Notes under the pieces: model-generated | The model's input: the letters and a program-made list of their open reading frames with translations, nothing else | Told to the model about the DNA's origin: nothing | Databases searched by the model: none | Origin: Nitrospirota bacterium | GTDB taxonomy: Bacteria > Nitrospirota > Thermodesulfovibrionia > Thermodesulfovibrionales > JdFR-85 | DNA: 64,000 bases | Direction of reading: 5' to 3' | NCBI GenBank assembly: GCA_015492645.1 | Contig: WGER01000001.1 | Span: forward strand, 15,926 to 79,925 | Translations under genes and position numbers: made by a program | In this document: in pieces, positions 10,914-20,541 of the stretch | How the letters are laid out: the number at the start of each line of letters is the position of its first letter | Position numbering within the stretch: the stretch's first letter is position 1

Positions 10914-11105
10914 ATGTGTGAGGCAAACGCCTATATATATGAAAACGGTGAAGAAAGGCTCTATCTGGAGAGCGTTGACATCCTGAGGCCAGAGGGTGAC
11001 AGGATATACCTGAGGAACCTCTTTGGAGAACAAAAGGAACTGAAGGGGAGGATAAAGGAGATCTCTCTACTGAGCCACAAGATTGTACTGGAGAGAGTTG
11101 AATGA
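10914..11105 (+). CDS. CooT-family nickel-binding protein
   Basis: Starts MCEANAY (Cys2 signature) and is ~63 aa. AGGAG RBS before ATG 10914, so the ORF-track start at 10896 is probably too long. Confidence 0.65.
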   Translation: MCEANAYIYENGEERLYLESVDILRPEGDRIYLRNLFGEQKELKGRIKEISLLSHKIVLERVE

Positions 11106-11914
11106 TAAGGTCTTTTGTGGTCACCCTTTTCTCCTTTATTTTTATCATTCTCCTCTCTTCGGTTTCCTATCCCTTCGGTGGATGTGACTCTGAATGCCAG
11201 AGGTGTCATACCCTCAGCAAAGAAGAAGCCGAGGACCTCCTGAAGACCCTGGCCCCAGATATAAAGGTTATCGGAGTGAAGATGGCACCAGCAAAGGGAC
11301 TGTGGGAGATTGCTGTGGAAAGGAGTGGGAGAAAGGGGATAACCTATATTGATTTTGCCAAAGAAAACGTGATATCAGGTCAGATCTTCCATATAAAGAC
11401 GAAGGAGAATCTAACAAGAAAGAGTTTCGTGGAACTACAGCGGGTTGATTTTTCGAAGATTCCATTAGAGGACTCTCTTGTTATGGGCAATCCAGAGGCG
11501 CCCACGAAGATTGTGATCTTTGATGACCCTGATTGACCATTCTGTGCAAAACTTCACCAGGTGGTGAAGGAGATACTCCAGAGCAGATCAGATTTGGCCT
11601 TTTATATAAAACTCTATCCACTGAAGATCCACAAGGATGCATACAGAAAGGCAAAGGCGATTGTATGCAGTAACTCCCTTGAACTCCTTGAAAGGGCCTT
11701 TGAAAGAAAAGAGGTTCCAGATCCTGAATGTGAAACCGATGTGGTGGACAGGACGATCGCCCTCGCGAAGGAACTGGGCATCACAGGGACCCCGACCATA
11801 GTTCTTCCTGATGGGAGAGTGCTTTCAGGGGCGCTTACCAAAGAGGTGCTTCTTCAGTATATAGACTCCTTAGAAGCCCCCACTGAGGTCAAAGAGGAAT
11901 CGGACCCCAGTTAA
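11102..11914 (+). CDS. DsbC-like thiol:disulfide interchange selenoprotein, with in-frame TGA (11534-11536) read as selenocysteine
   Basis: ORFs 11102-11536 and 11561-11914 are in the same frame and separated only by TGA. Read-through gives FDDPD-U-PFCAKLH, aligning with the DsbC FTD..CxxCxKLH active site. Signal anchor and DsbC-type N-terminal dimerisation region present. Confidence 0.8.
11552..11569 (+). promoter_or_regulatory. SECIS-like hairpin downstream of UGA 11534
   Basis: CTTCACC-AGGT-GGTGAAG: 7-bp perfect stem with a G-containing apical loop. The stem starts 15 nt after the UGA. Confidence 0.65.
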
Positions 11915-11918
11915 CCCC

Positions 11919-12872
11919 TTGTCACTGGAGTACTTTTCAAAGGTCTATCGTGAGATAATACCCAATTTTGATGACTTCCTGGAGTCTATTCATAGGCCTC
12001 ACCCCTCTCACCTCAGGGTCAACACACTTAAAACCACTGACGATAGGGTGAGAGAGGCCCTGAGCAGATACGGTGCAAGCCTCGAACCACTGCCTTTGAG
12101 ACACTGTTATCTCTTCAGTGGGCTGGACAACCCGGGTGCTACATTAGAGTACTATCTCGGTTATTATCATATGCAGGGACTGAGTTCGGCCCTGCCACCC
12201 CTTGTGCTCGCCCCACAAGAAGGCGACAGGGTGTTAGACCTGTGTGCTGCTCCGGGCAGCAAGACCACACAGATGGCCGCCATGATGAACAACACCGGCC
12301 TCATTGTGGCAAACGAATTGAACAGGAGAAGGTTGAGTATCCTGAAGTTCCATTTAGAGAGACTTGGTGTGACCAACACAGTGGTTACCAGTTTTCAGGC
12401 CCAGAACTTTCCCATGAAGAGGGCTGACAGGAGCAATCTCTACTTTGACAGGGTGCTCCTTGATGCCCCATGTTCAGGAGAGGGAAGGTTCAGGACAGTT
12501 ATGCGAAAGGATGAACGGGAGAAGATGCAGCCTCACTCAGAGGAGTATAGTTTGAAGATGTCAGAATATCAGAAACAGATGATCCTCAGGGGATTCGACC
12601 TTCTCAAGGAGGGTGGCACCATGGTCTACTCCACCTGTACCTATTCTCCCCATGAAAATGAAACTGTAGTGGACTACCTGCTTCAGTGCAGGAGGGATGC
12701 AGTGGTGCTGCCTTTCGAAATCCAGGGGATCAGAACTGCACAGGGGCTTACCAGGTACAGATCTCAGAGGTTTAGTGAGGATCTGAAAAACACCGTTCGG
12801 ATATATCCTCATATGGTTGATTCCTGGGGCTTTTACATAGCATTGATAATGAAGGCCTCCAGACCACATTAA
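11919..12872 (+). CDS. NOL1/NOP2/Sun-family RNA cytosine-C5 methyltransferase
   Basis: LDLCAAPGSKT SAM-binding motif, DAPCSGEG and TCT catalytic Cys motifs. TTG start. Confidence 0.85.
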   Translation: MSLEYFSKVYREIIPNFDDFLESIHRPHPSHLRVNTLKTTDDRVREALSRYGASLEPLPLRHCYLFSGLDNPGATLEYYLGYYHMQGLSSALPPLVLAPQEGDRVLDLCAAPGSKTTQMAAMMNNTGLIVANELNRRRLSILKFHLERLGVTNTVVTSFQAQNFPMKRADRSNLYFDRVLLDAPCSGEGRFRTVMRKDEREKMQPHSEEYSLKMSEYQKQMILRGFDLLKEGGTMVYSTCTYSPHENETVVDYLLQCRRDAVVLPFEIQGIRTAQGLTRYRSQRFSEDLKNTVRIYPHMVDSWGFYIALIMKASRPH

Positions 12873-12915
12873 CATCTCCTGCCTCGTTAATCTCCAGGTT
12901 TGCTGACAGAAATGA

Positions 12916-12957
12916 TTCGGCAAAACAGGGTAACCGCTGAGCAGTCAATCGGGTGAT
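12916..12957 (+). repeat. copy of dispersed intergenic repeat (TTCGGCAA ... AGTCAAT-GGG block)
   Basis: Shares blocks with copies at 19885-19937(-), 28559-28626, 45695-45788 and 63227-63270. Confidence 0.35.
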
Positions 12958-12960
12958 TTT

Positions 12961-12969
12961 TGATATAAT
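12961..12969 (+). promoter_or_regulatory. extended -10 box TGATATAAT, 6 nt upstream of ATG 12976 (leaderless candidate)
   Basis: Read directly. No SD. Confidence 0.45.
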
Positions 12970-12975
12970 TTAAAA

Positions 12976-13665
12976 ATGGCTACCAGGATACTTGTCATAG
13001 AAGATGAGGAGAAGATCTCATCTATTGTTAAGGGGTATCTCCAGAAAGAGGGATTTATTGTAACAGTCGCCTCTACCGGTCAGGAGGGACTGAACCGGTT
13101 GGCGGAGGGGTATGACCTTGTTATCCTTGACCTTATGCTCCCTGATATGGAGGGCGAAGAGATCTGTAGGTTTATAAGGGAAGACTCCAATATACCCATC
13201 ATCATGTTAACAGCAAAGAGCGATGAAGAGGACAGGGTGAAGGGGCTGGGGATAGGCGCTGATGACTATGTGGTGAAGCCCTTCAGCCCTCGGGAACTGG
13301 TTGCCAGGGTAAAGGCCCTTTTAAGAAGGGTATCTCCCAGACAGAAGGTCTACAGTTTCAACAATGGTGACCTGGTGATCGATATGGAGAAGATGGAGGT
13401 AAGAAAGGGGGGCACCCCCATTGAACTTACTAATACCGAGTTCAAACTCCTGCAGTGTCTGGCAGACAGGCCCGGACAGGTCTTTACGCGTCTACAGTTG
13501 ATAAACCTCATACTCGGCTATGACTTCGAGGGATATGACAGGACCATAGATGCTCATATAAAAAACCTTCGCCATAAGATAGAGGACAACCCCCGTTCTC
13601 CCTCCTACATAAAGACGGTCTATGGTGTAGGATATAAATTCATCGGTTCCAGGGATGAGAACTAA
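12976..13665 (+). CDS. OmpR-family DNA-binding response regulator
   Basis: REC domain plus winged-helix C-terminus (...YIKTVYGVGYKF). Confidence 0.9.
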   Translation: MATRILVIEDEEKISSIVKGYLQKEGFIVTVASTGQEGLNRLAEGYDLVILDLMLPDMEGEEICRFIREDSNIPIIMLTAKSDEEDRVKGLGIGADDYVVKPFSPRELVARVKALLRRVSPRQKVYSFNNGDLVIDMEKMEVRKGGTPIELTNTEFKLLQCLADRPGQVFTRLQLINLILGYDFEGYDRTIDAHIKNLRHKIEDNPRSPSYIKTVYGVGYKFIGSRDEN

Positions 13666-15049
13666 GTTATTCTTCTCTTTCATTGTAATAATCTTACTGG
13701 CCCTCCTTTCTAACATCGTCTTTGAACACCTAATAATGAAAGACTTTCAGGAGTATGTACAGAGCACAAATGAGGACCACATCTACTGGCTTCTTGCCGC
13801 TGTGGAGGGGGCCTATCGTGGTAGAGAAGGACGAAATGAGTGGGATAGAGAACTCCTCAGTGAGGCCCTTCACTGGGGTATGATGCTCGGTTTTGAGAGT
13901 TATGTCACAGATGCTGAAGGCAGAATGATACTCTCTTCAGGCAGTGTCTATGCCTCTCTGTCAGAGACAATGCTCAAGAGGATGAACTCTATGTTTGTAT
14001 TGCCCCATGGAGAGGGGGAGTTTCAATGGTATCCACTCTTCGTTGCAGGACAGGAGGTTGGTGGACTCTACATAAGACCTCTCAAGAGGCTTGGCAATGT
14101 CCCGCTTAAGGAGTTGATTTTCAGGAAGAGGGGCAGGACCTTTCTGCTTATCTCCTTTCTGATAGCAGGTGGTGGGGCCCTCTGTCTCGCTGTCATATTT
14201 ACCGTCTTTCTCTCAAATCCCCTCCGGAGACTGACTGCAGCGGCAGAAAGGGTGGGCAAGGGGGACTTCTCTCTTAAGGTGATACCACAGCACAGGTTCA
14301 GCAGACTCTACCAGCGGCTCAGGTGCACAGATGAGATCGACAGACTCACAGAGTCCTTCAATTACATGGTTGAGGCCCTCAGAAAGGAAGACACCCTCCG
14401 GAGACATCTCACCTCCAATATCGCACATGAACTGAGGACCCCCCTCACCATCCTGAGGGGCAATTTAGAGGCGATAGAGGATGGAGTGATTGAGAGGCCT
14501 GAAGATGTCCTCAAATCCATGAAGGATGAGGTGATGAGACTCATCAATCTGGTGGAAGGGATTGAAGATATAACAAGGGCAGAGGCGAGTTTTTTCAAAA
14601 TGGGAGAAAAGGAAACTGTGGACCTCAAGGAATTTATTACTTCACTGGCAGAGGCCTTCAGGGGTCTATGTACTGACAGGGGTCTGTATCTAAGGCTCAA
14701 AGGGCCTTCTTTAATTGTGAAGACCTATCCCGACAAACTCCACATTATACTCAAAAACCTTCTGACGAACGGGATAAGGTTTACTGAAAGGGGTGGGATT
14801 GAGATTAGATGGGGAAAACTGAAGACGGGTGGGTTCTTCATCTCTGTCTCAGATACAGGCCCTGGGATACCGGAGGAGCAACAACAGAAGGTCTTTGAAA
14901 GGTTTTACAAGGGGGAGAGGTCTCAGGGCAGAGGCCTCGGACTCTCTATTGTCAAGGAACTGATTGAAACAATGGGAGGAAGGATCATCCTGAGGTCCCG
15001 ACCTGGTGAGGGTTCTGAGTTTACTGTGGAATTGCCTAATCCTCTATGA
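13655..15049 (+). CDS. sensor histidine kinase (2 TM, HAMP, HisKA, HATPase_c)
   Basis: H-box SNIAHELRTPL. N/G boxes (DTGPGIP, GLGLSIV). Overlaps the RR stop. Confidence 0.9.
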   Translation: MRTKLFFSFIVIILLALLSNIVFEHLIMKDFQEYVQSTNEDHIYWLLAAVEGAYRGREGRNEWDRELLSEALHWGMMLGFESYVTDAEGRMILSSGSVYASLSETMLKRMNSMFVLPHGEGEFQWYPLFVAGQEVGGLYIRPLKRLGNVPLKELIFRKRGRTFLLISFLIAGGGALCLAVIFTVFLSNPLRRLTAAAERVGKGDFSLKVIPQHRFSRLYQRLRCTDEIDRLTESFNYMVEALRKEDTLRRHLTSNIAHELRTPLTILRGNLEAIEDGVIERPEDVLKSMKDEVMRLINLVEGIEDITRAEASFFKMGEKETVDLKEFITSLAEAFRGLCTDRGLYLRLKGPSLIVKTYPDKLHIILKNLLTNGIRFTERGGIEIRWGKLKTGGFFISVSDTGPGIPEEQQQKVFERFYKGERSQGRGLGLSIVKELIETMGGRIILRSRPGEGSEFTVELPNPL

Positions 15050-16382
15050 ATGCCTTCAACCATTTACTCCTTGAGGGATGTCTCAGTTTCTTCATCGCCC
15101 TTGATTCGATCTGTCTTACCCTCTCACGTGTAATAGAAAGTAATCTTCCCACCTCCTCAAGTGTGTAAGGACCTTGGTCATCCAGTCCGTATCTCAGCCT
15201 GATCACCTCTGCCTCTTTAGGATTCAATGTCTTCAGTACCTCCTCTATCCTGCTCCTGAGGTCCTCCCTCATAGCCTCTTCCAGGGGTGATATGGCATGG
15301 GGGTCTTCTATAAAGTCAAGCAGTTGACTGTCTTCCTCGTCTCCAACAGGGGTCTCAAGAGACAGTACATCCTTGGATGATCCGAGCATCTGTTTCAGTT
15401 TCTCCTCCGGTATCCCCAACCTCCTTGCCACCTCATCCATCTGTGGTTCTCTGCCCAGTTCCTGTACCATCTGGCGACACAGTTTCTGATAATTCGTTAT
15501 GTGTTCTATCACATGCACAGGCAGTCTGACTGTCCTTGAGTGTTCAGCCAGTGCCCTTGTAATTGCCTGCCTTATCCACCATGTGGCATAGGTGCTGAAC
15601 TTATATCCCTTTCTGTAGTCGTATCTACAGGCAGCCCTCATCAGCCCCATGTTTCCTTCCTGGATAAGATCCTCTATACTCAGCCCCCTGCCCAAGTACC
15701 TCTTTGCCACGCTCACCACCAGTCTGAGGTTTGCCTCTATCAGCCTCTGTCTGGCATTGAAGATGATCTTCTCACATCTGTTTATCACCTTGAGGACCCT
15801 CTGAATCTCTCTTTCATCATCCCCCACAATGGCATTCTGCCTCGCCAGTCTCTTCACCTCATCCGAGAAGGTGAAAATGGCCGATTCCAGTAATCCCAGA
15901 GAAAGGACCTCCCTGCTGATCGCCTTTCTATTTCTCCTCAGTTCTGCTGTGGAGGCCCCCCTTGAGAGCATCTCCCTCCTTTCTACAAGCAGTTTCTGGA
16001 TCTCAGAGGTGCATTTGTAAAATTCCGTCTTCCTTTCCATAAGGTCATCGTCAGTGCCTATCTCAAATATCTCCTCCAAGGGTGCCTCTGCCCTGTTTAT
16101 GAGTTCACCAAGGGCCACTAACTTCTCAAGCATTCTGGGTAGTGAGAAGACCGCCATCATGATTGCGTTTCTCGCCCATTCTATCCTCCTGCCAATTATT
16201 ACCTCTTCCTCTCTGGTGAGGATAGGGACTGTCCCCATCTCTTTCAGGTATGCGGTAAATGCCTGATTATCAGGTTCGGAGACACCCTGCTGCATATCCC
16301 CCTGGGTCTCCTCCTCATACTCATTGATGCCACCCAGGTCCTGTTCCTCAGGAAGGTCGTCTAAATCCTCATAAGAATCCAT
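15036..16382 (-). CDS. rpoD: RNA polymerase sigma factor RpoD (sigma-70)
   Basis: Acidic N-terminus. Regions 2-4 (YATWWIRQAITRA, ...TLEEVG...VTRERVRQIE). Confidence 0.95.
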   Translation of the reverse strand: MDSYEDLDDLPEEQDLGGINEYEEETQGDMQQGVSEPDNQAFTAYLKEMGTVPILTREEEVIIGRRIEWARNAIMMAVFSLPRMLEKLVALGELINRAEAPLEEIFEIGTDDDLMERKTEFYKCTSEIQKLLVERREMLSRGASTAELRRNRKAISREVLSLGLLESAIFTFSDEVKRLARQNAIVGDDEREIQRVLKVINRCEKIIFNARQRLIEANLRLVVSVAKRYLGRGLSIEDLIQEGNMGLMRAACRYDYRKGYKFSTYATWWIRQAITRALAEHSRTVRLPVHVIEHITNYQKLCRQMVQELGREPQMDEVARRLGIPEEKLKQMLGSSKDVLSLETPVGDEEDSQLLDFIEDPHAISPLEEAMREDLRSRIEEVLKTLNPKEAEVIRLRYGLDDQGPYTLEEVGRLLSITRERVRQIESRAMKKLRHPSRSKWLKAFIED

Positions 16383-18078
16383 CCCTTTTACCCTCCTTTA
16401 AGAGGTTCATTAACTGTATCTGGAGTTCCTGAAGCCCTTTATGGTCATTGGTCACCTCTGCCTCCTTTATCGCCCTCTGCAGGGACTGCAATCTTCTCTG
16501 GAAGTGTCTCCTGTACAATTTCTGCACACAATCGTTTACTGTCTTTTCAACCTCATTCTTGTCTATATTCAAACTCATAACCACAGAGGAAACAAAGGAC
16601 ATCTCCTCACCATCAAGGACCTCATTCAGATTATCCTCCTGGTATATCTTCAGAAAGATCTCCCTCACCATCGGGTCTTCAAACATCTCAGGTCCAACCC
16701 TCTCCATAATAGAATCCTTCTGGTTCTGAAAGGATACAGCGATACCAAGGAGGGTCTTCTCTTCATCCGGCACCACCACAGGGACCTCCCTCTCTATCCT
16801 GTATCCCCTTGTCTTGTTGTTTACCCCGCCTTTCTGTCTCCTGAGGGCCTCTATTATGAAACCCTCCGAAAGTCCGGTCCTCTCAGACAGGGCCTTCACC
16901 ATTTCACCTTTCTTGATGGGGTCCTTCACAGATGAAGTAATCTCAACGAGTTCTCTTATGGTTGAATCCCTGTCCGTACCCACAGAGAAGTAGAAATCCA
17001 CAATCCCTTTTGCTTCAGATATTATGGCCTTTAGCCTCTCAATACCTGAGTTTCTGAGAAAGGAATCAGGGTCTTCTCCTTGAGGAAGTGTCACCGCCTT
17101 TGTGATGATACCCTCCCGACAGAGGAGTCCCATGGCCCTCTTCGTCGCCTTCACACCAGGTTCATCAGAATCAAACAACACCAGGACCTTGTCTGTTAAG
17201 GTCTTCATCCTCCTTACCTGGGCCTCTGTCAGGGCAGTACCAAGGGGGGCAATGGCATTCCTTATACCGTACTGATATGCCACAAGGACATCCATATACC
17301 CCTCAACCAGGACCGCATAGCCCCTCTTTTTTATCTCTTCCTTTGCCTGATAGAGCCCAAATATCTCGTGAGACTTCTTAAATATCAATGACTCCGCTGA
17401 GTTCAGATACTTTGGCCCCAATTGCTCCTCTGACAGGGTCCTCCCTCCAAAGGCTATCACTTCCCCCCTGATATTCTGTATGGGAAAGATGACCCTCCTC
17501 CTGAAGGTATCCATCACCCTGCCGCTGTCGGTCTTTTTACACAATCCTGACATCAGTATCTGCTCCTCTGTGAACCCCTCTGCCCTGAGGTGATGGTACA
17601 GGACGTCACCCCCGGAAGGGGCATATCCAAGATGGAAGTATCGGATGGTCTCTTCAGAGAGTCCTCTCCTCTTGAAATACCTCCTGCCCTCGTCTGATTC
17701 CCTCAACTGTTGAACAAAAAAGTCAGTTGCAATTCTGTGCATCCTGAGGAGGGCATCCTTCAGGCCAGAGGACCTCTTATTACCCCCTGTATCCTCTATC
17801 TCTATACCGATTGTCTCTCCGAGTTTCTTTACTGCAGAAGGGAAGTCAAGGTCTTCATACTTCATGACAAAGGTGATAACATCCCCACCCACCCCACAAC
17901 CGAAACAGTGAAAGAACTGTCTCTCCTGATTGACCACAAAGGATGGGGTCTTCTCCGAATGGAACGGACAGAGGGCCTTGTAGTGCCTTCCTGCCCTCCT
18001 GAGATCAATATATCTGGATATTGTCTCTACAATATCAACCCTTGCCTTTATTTCATCAACAGCATCTGAAAGTCTCAT
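16369..18078 (-). CDS. dnaG: DNA primase
   Basis: Zinc finger CPFHSEKTPSF...CFGCG and TOPRIM (EGYMDV). Overlaps the rpoD start. Confidence 0.95.
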   Translation of the reverse strand: MRLSDAVDEIKARVDIVETISRYIDLRRAGRHYKALCPFHSEKTPSFVVNQERQFFHCFGCGVGGDVITFVMKYEDLDFPSAVKKLGETIGIEIEDTGGNKRSSGLKDALLRMHRIATDFFVQQLRESDEGRRYFKRRGLSEETIRYFHLGYAPSGGDVLYHHLRAEGFTEEQILMSGLCKKTDSGRVMDTFRRRVIFPIQNIRGEVIAFGGRTLSEEQLGPKYLNSAESLIFKKSHEIFGLYQAKEEIKKRGYAVLVEGYMDVLVAYQYGIRNAIAPLGTALTEAQVRRMKTLTDKVLVLFDSDEPGVKATKRAMGLLCREGIITKAVTLPQGEDPDSFLRNSGIERLKAIISEAKGIVDFYFSVGTDRDSTIRELVEITSSVKDPIKKGEMVKALSERTGLSEGFIIEALRRQKGGVNNKTRGYRIEREVPVVVPDEEKTLLGIAVSFQNQKDSIMERVGPEMFEDPMVREIFLKIYQEDNLNEVLDGEEMSFVSSVVMSLNIDKNEVEKTVNDCVQKLYRRHFQRRLQSLQRAIKEAEVTNDHKGLQELQIQLMNLLKEGKRDGFL

Positions 18079-18079
18079 T

Positions 18080-19033
18080 TTAACTCCTCTTTATCCTCCT
18101 GAAGCCTGAGCACTCGAGAACCTCTACATCTTCATCAAGTATCGCATCCAGAAGGAGGTTGAGTCCCAGATTGTCACTGGCAATATGTCCTGCTATAACC
18201 ACATTGAGGTGATGCTTTTCCGCTTCCTTCCTGTGGTCCTCACTCAGGTGCATCGCCACGATCGTGTTTACCCCGCTCAAGGTGAGGGAATGGAATATCT
18301 CTTTAGCACCTTCTGTGCCCCCTGTCATATCCACAAATATCTTACCTGCCTTCCGGTTCTTGGAACCGAGGAGGACCTTGGGGCCTCCCCCGTTTCTGGC
18401 CGCCTCCTGGTATTCGGGCATCTCAAGCAGAAGATCTATTATATCTTCTATAGTGTAAGGCTTCTTCTCCTCGAAGAGCCTCTGGAGGTAGGTTGTGACC
18501 ATATTGTCTGAGGGGGTATGAAGACATATAAATGGAATCCCCAGGAGTTTTGCAGCATCAACCGCCCTCTGGTGATTTACGGGCATCAATCTTCTTTCCA
18601 CCTCCTTTATCCTGCCCTCCATCAGGTCTTCTGCAATATTTATAGGCACCCCAAACCGGCCCAGTATATCCGCCTGTATCTTCATCACCTCATAGAGGTT
18701 GGCATAGGCCATACCCTCCGGGTGATGGGCCAGAATAAGGTCTACCTGATGCCCCCTCTGCCGGAGGCCCTCTGCGAGCATCACCTCTGCCACTTCCATA
18801 TCTATCCCGGCAAGAATCGTCTTTATCTCCGCATCAGGTGAGCCGAAGAGTATCCTGGTGTCAGAATAGGGATTTCTCAGACTTTCTTCATCAAAGAACT
18901 TTCTCTCCTTTTCCGTCATCCTCTCATACTGCCTCTTTCTCTCCTCCAACTCCTTTCTGACAGCCTCCTCCCCCCTGGGGTCATTCCTGATCCCCTCACT
19001 CACCGCCCTTTCATACAGTTGTCCCAGTTTCAT
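18080..19033 (-). CDS. NIF3-family (dinuclear metal centre) protein
   Basis: ILAHHP motif and position in the rpsU-dnaG-rpoD operon. AAGGAGG RBS favours the second ATG (19033) over 19048. Confidence 0.65.
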   Translation of the reverse strand: MKLGQLYERAVSEGIRNDPRGEEAVRKELEERKRQYERMTEKERKFFDEESLRNPYSDTRILFGSPDAEIKTILAGIDMEVAEVMLAEGLRQRGHQVDLILAHHPEGMAYANLYEVMKIQADILGRFGVPINIAEDLMEGRIKEVERRLMPVNHQRAVDAAKLLGIPFICLHTPSDNMVTTYLQRLFEEKKPYTIEDIIDLLLEMPEYQEAARNGGGPKVLLGSKNRKAGKIFVDMTGGTEGAKEIFHSLTLSGVNTIVAMHLSEDHRKEAEKHHLNVVIAGHIASDNLGLNLLLDAILDEDVEVLECSGFRRIKRS

Positions 19034-19144
19034 ATAACCTCCTTTCATTATGTATCAACATTGTGGGATTAGAAGAGACCTCTCCAATTCCGCCTTATAC
19101 CCTCTCAACAGAACCCTGCTAAAGAGGGTGCATTGAAAGAGGTG

Positions 19145-19603
19145 TCATGAACCTCCGGGGGCCTCCAGTTCTGCCTTCACCATCTCGCTCACCTTCCTGC
19201 CGTCGGCCCTCCCCTTTACCTTTGGCATAAGTGCCTTCATCACCTTCCCCATCTCCCTTACTGAAACAGCCCCTGTCTCCTCAATGGTCTCTTTTATCAG
19301 TCTGGAGAGTTCTTCCTCACTGAGTTCCTCTGGCAGATAGGACTTTATTATTGCGAGTTCCCTCTCTTCCTTTTCCACAAGGTCAGCCCTGCCCCCTCTT
19401 CTGAACCCCTCGATAGATTCCCTTCTCTGTTTTACAAGGGTGGTGAGGACATCAATGACATCTTCATCTGTTAGAGGAGCCCCCTTACCAATCTCTCGGT
19501 TTTTCAGAACAGATTTTATAAACCTCAGGGTTGAAACCGCTATTTTATCTCCAGACTTCAGCGCAGTCTTCAGATCATCATCAATCCTCTGCAGAAGTGA
19601 CAT
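19145..19603 (-). CDS. yqeY: GatB/YqeY domain protein
   Basis: N-terminal L..I..DLK.A.K..D and ...SYLP motifs. Lies directly downstream of rpsU. Confidence 0.85.
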   Translation of the reverse strand: MSLLQRIDDDLKTALKSGDKIAVSTLRFIKSVLKNREIGKGAPLTDEDVIDVLTTLVKQRRESIEGFRRGGRADLVEKEERELAIIKSYLPEELSEEELSRLIKETIEETGAVSVREMGKVMKALMPKVKGRADGRKVSEMVKAELEAPGGS

Positions 19604-19605
19604 AA

Positions 19606-19806
19606 TTATCGGTTCTGCATCAGTTTCATCCTCCTGAGAGCCTTTTTCCTGGCCGCCAGGAGTTTCTTCTTTCTCTTCACACTCGGCTTTTCATAATGCT
19701 CTCTTTTTTTGATCTCGGAGAGGATACCCTCTTTTTCGCACTGTTTCTTAAACTTCTTCAGCGCTACCTCAAAGGACTCGCTCTCCTTTACACTTACCAT
19801 CGGCAT
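19606..19806 (-). CDS. rpsU: 30S ribosomal protein S21
   Basis: 66 aa and basic, with the ...[10 protein letters not shown]...[10 protein letters not shown] pattern. Confidence 0.9.
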   Translation of the reverse strand: MPMVSVKESESFEVALKKFKKQCEKEGILSEIKKREHYEKPSVKRKKKLLAARKKALRRMKLMQNR

Positions 19807-19884
19807 CCTCTTTATACACCCCTCTTTCCTTTGAGAATTTATTAAAATCCAAAAATTTCAGTATTGACATTATAATTTATCAAT

Positions 19885-19937
19885 AATTGCTATTGACTGT
19901 CAAGCAGTCATATTGCCCCGAATTTGCCGAAAAAGCC
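19885..19937 (-). repeat. copy of dispersed intergenic repeat (minus orientation, upstream of rpsU)
   Basis: Minus-strand reading is TTTTTCGGCAA...TTGACAGTCAATAGCAATT. It shares three blocks with 45695-45788. Confidence 0.4.
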
Positions 19938-19995
19938 AGTTACCTTCAGTGTCTTTACATGGCAGCCTTAAAATACGGCGGGACAGATATATGAG

Positions 19996-20025
19996 TTGAT
20001 TAATAATAAGGAAAACACCTATCAT
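19996..20025 (+). promoter_or_regulatory. sigma-70-type promoter TTGATT-N18-TATCAT, with -10 ending 6 nt before ATG 20032
   Basis: Read directly. No SD before the ATG. Confidence 0.4.
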
Positions 20026-20031
20026 TAAATT

Positions 20032-20541
20032 ATGCCACGCTTATCAATCATGCTGCTGATTTTAGGACTTTCCCTTTCTGGCTGTGAGAGAGGGCCCGGT
20101 GAAATCCAGATTGTACAGATGGACAGTGAGGCACCTCTGTTCAGTCTAAAGGGTCTCGATGGTAAGACCTACAGCCTTGTGGACTTCCGGGGCAGGGTTG
20201 TTGTGATAGAGTTCTGGGCGACATGGTGTCATGCCTGTAAAGAGACAGCCCCTGTACTTGAGGCCCTATATGAGAGTTATAAAGACAGAGGGCTTATTGT
20301 GATAGGCATCACTATGGACAGTGGCTATGGGGCAGAGGAGAACGTGAGGGAATTTGTAAAGAGACACAATCAGACCTATCCTATCCTATGGGATGATGAT
20401 AGGGTAAGCAGGGCATACCAGGCGATACAGATCCCCCTCACCTATGTACTTGACAGGGATCTCATTGTACGAAAAAAGATTGTGGGTTATACTTCTGAGT
20501 ATCAGCAGATCTTGGAGGAGACGATAAAGGAGTTATTATGA
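20032..20541 (+). CDS. TlpA/ResA-family thiol-disulfide oxidoreductase lipoprotein
   Basis: Lipobox LSLSGC. Thioredoxin motif WATWCHAC. Confidence 0.85.
   Translation: MPRLSIMLLILGLSLSGCERGPGEIQIVQMDSEAPLFSLKGLDGKTYSLVDFRGRVVVIEFWATWCHACKETAPVLEALYESYKDRGLIVIGITMDSGYGAEENVREFVKRHNQTYPILWDDDRVSRAYQAIQIPLTYVLDRDLIVRKKIVGYTSEYQQILEETIKELL

Noticed and set aside
11561-11914. Stand-alone 117-aa GTG-initiated ORF
   Set aside because: It is in frame with the upstream ORF across a single TGA and lacks the first half of the thioredoxin active site. It is better explained as the C-terminal part of a Sec-containing DsbC-like protein.
15540-16266. Several 60-117 aa plus-strand ORFs
   Set aside because: All are antisense to rpoD and have no independent support.
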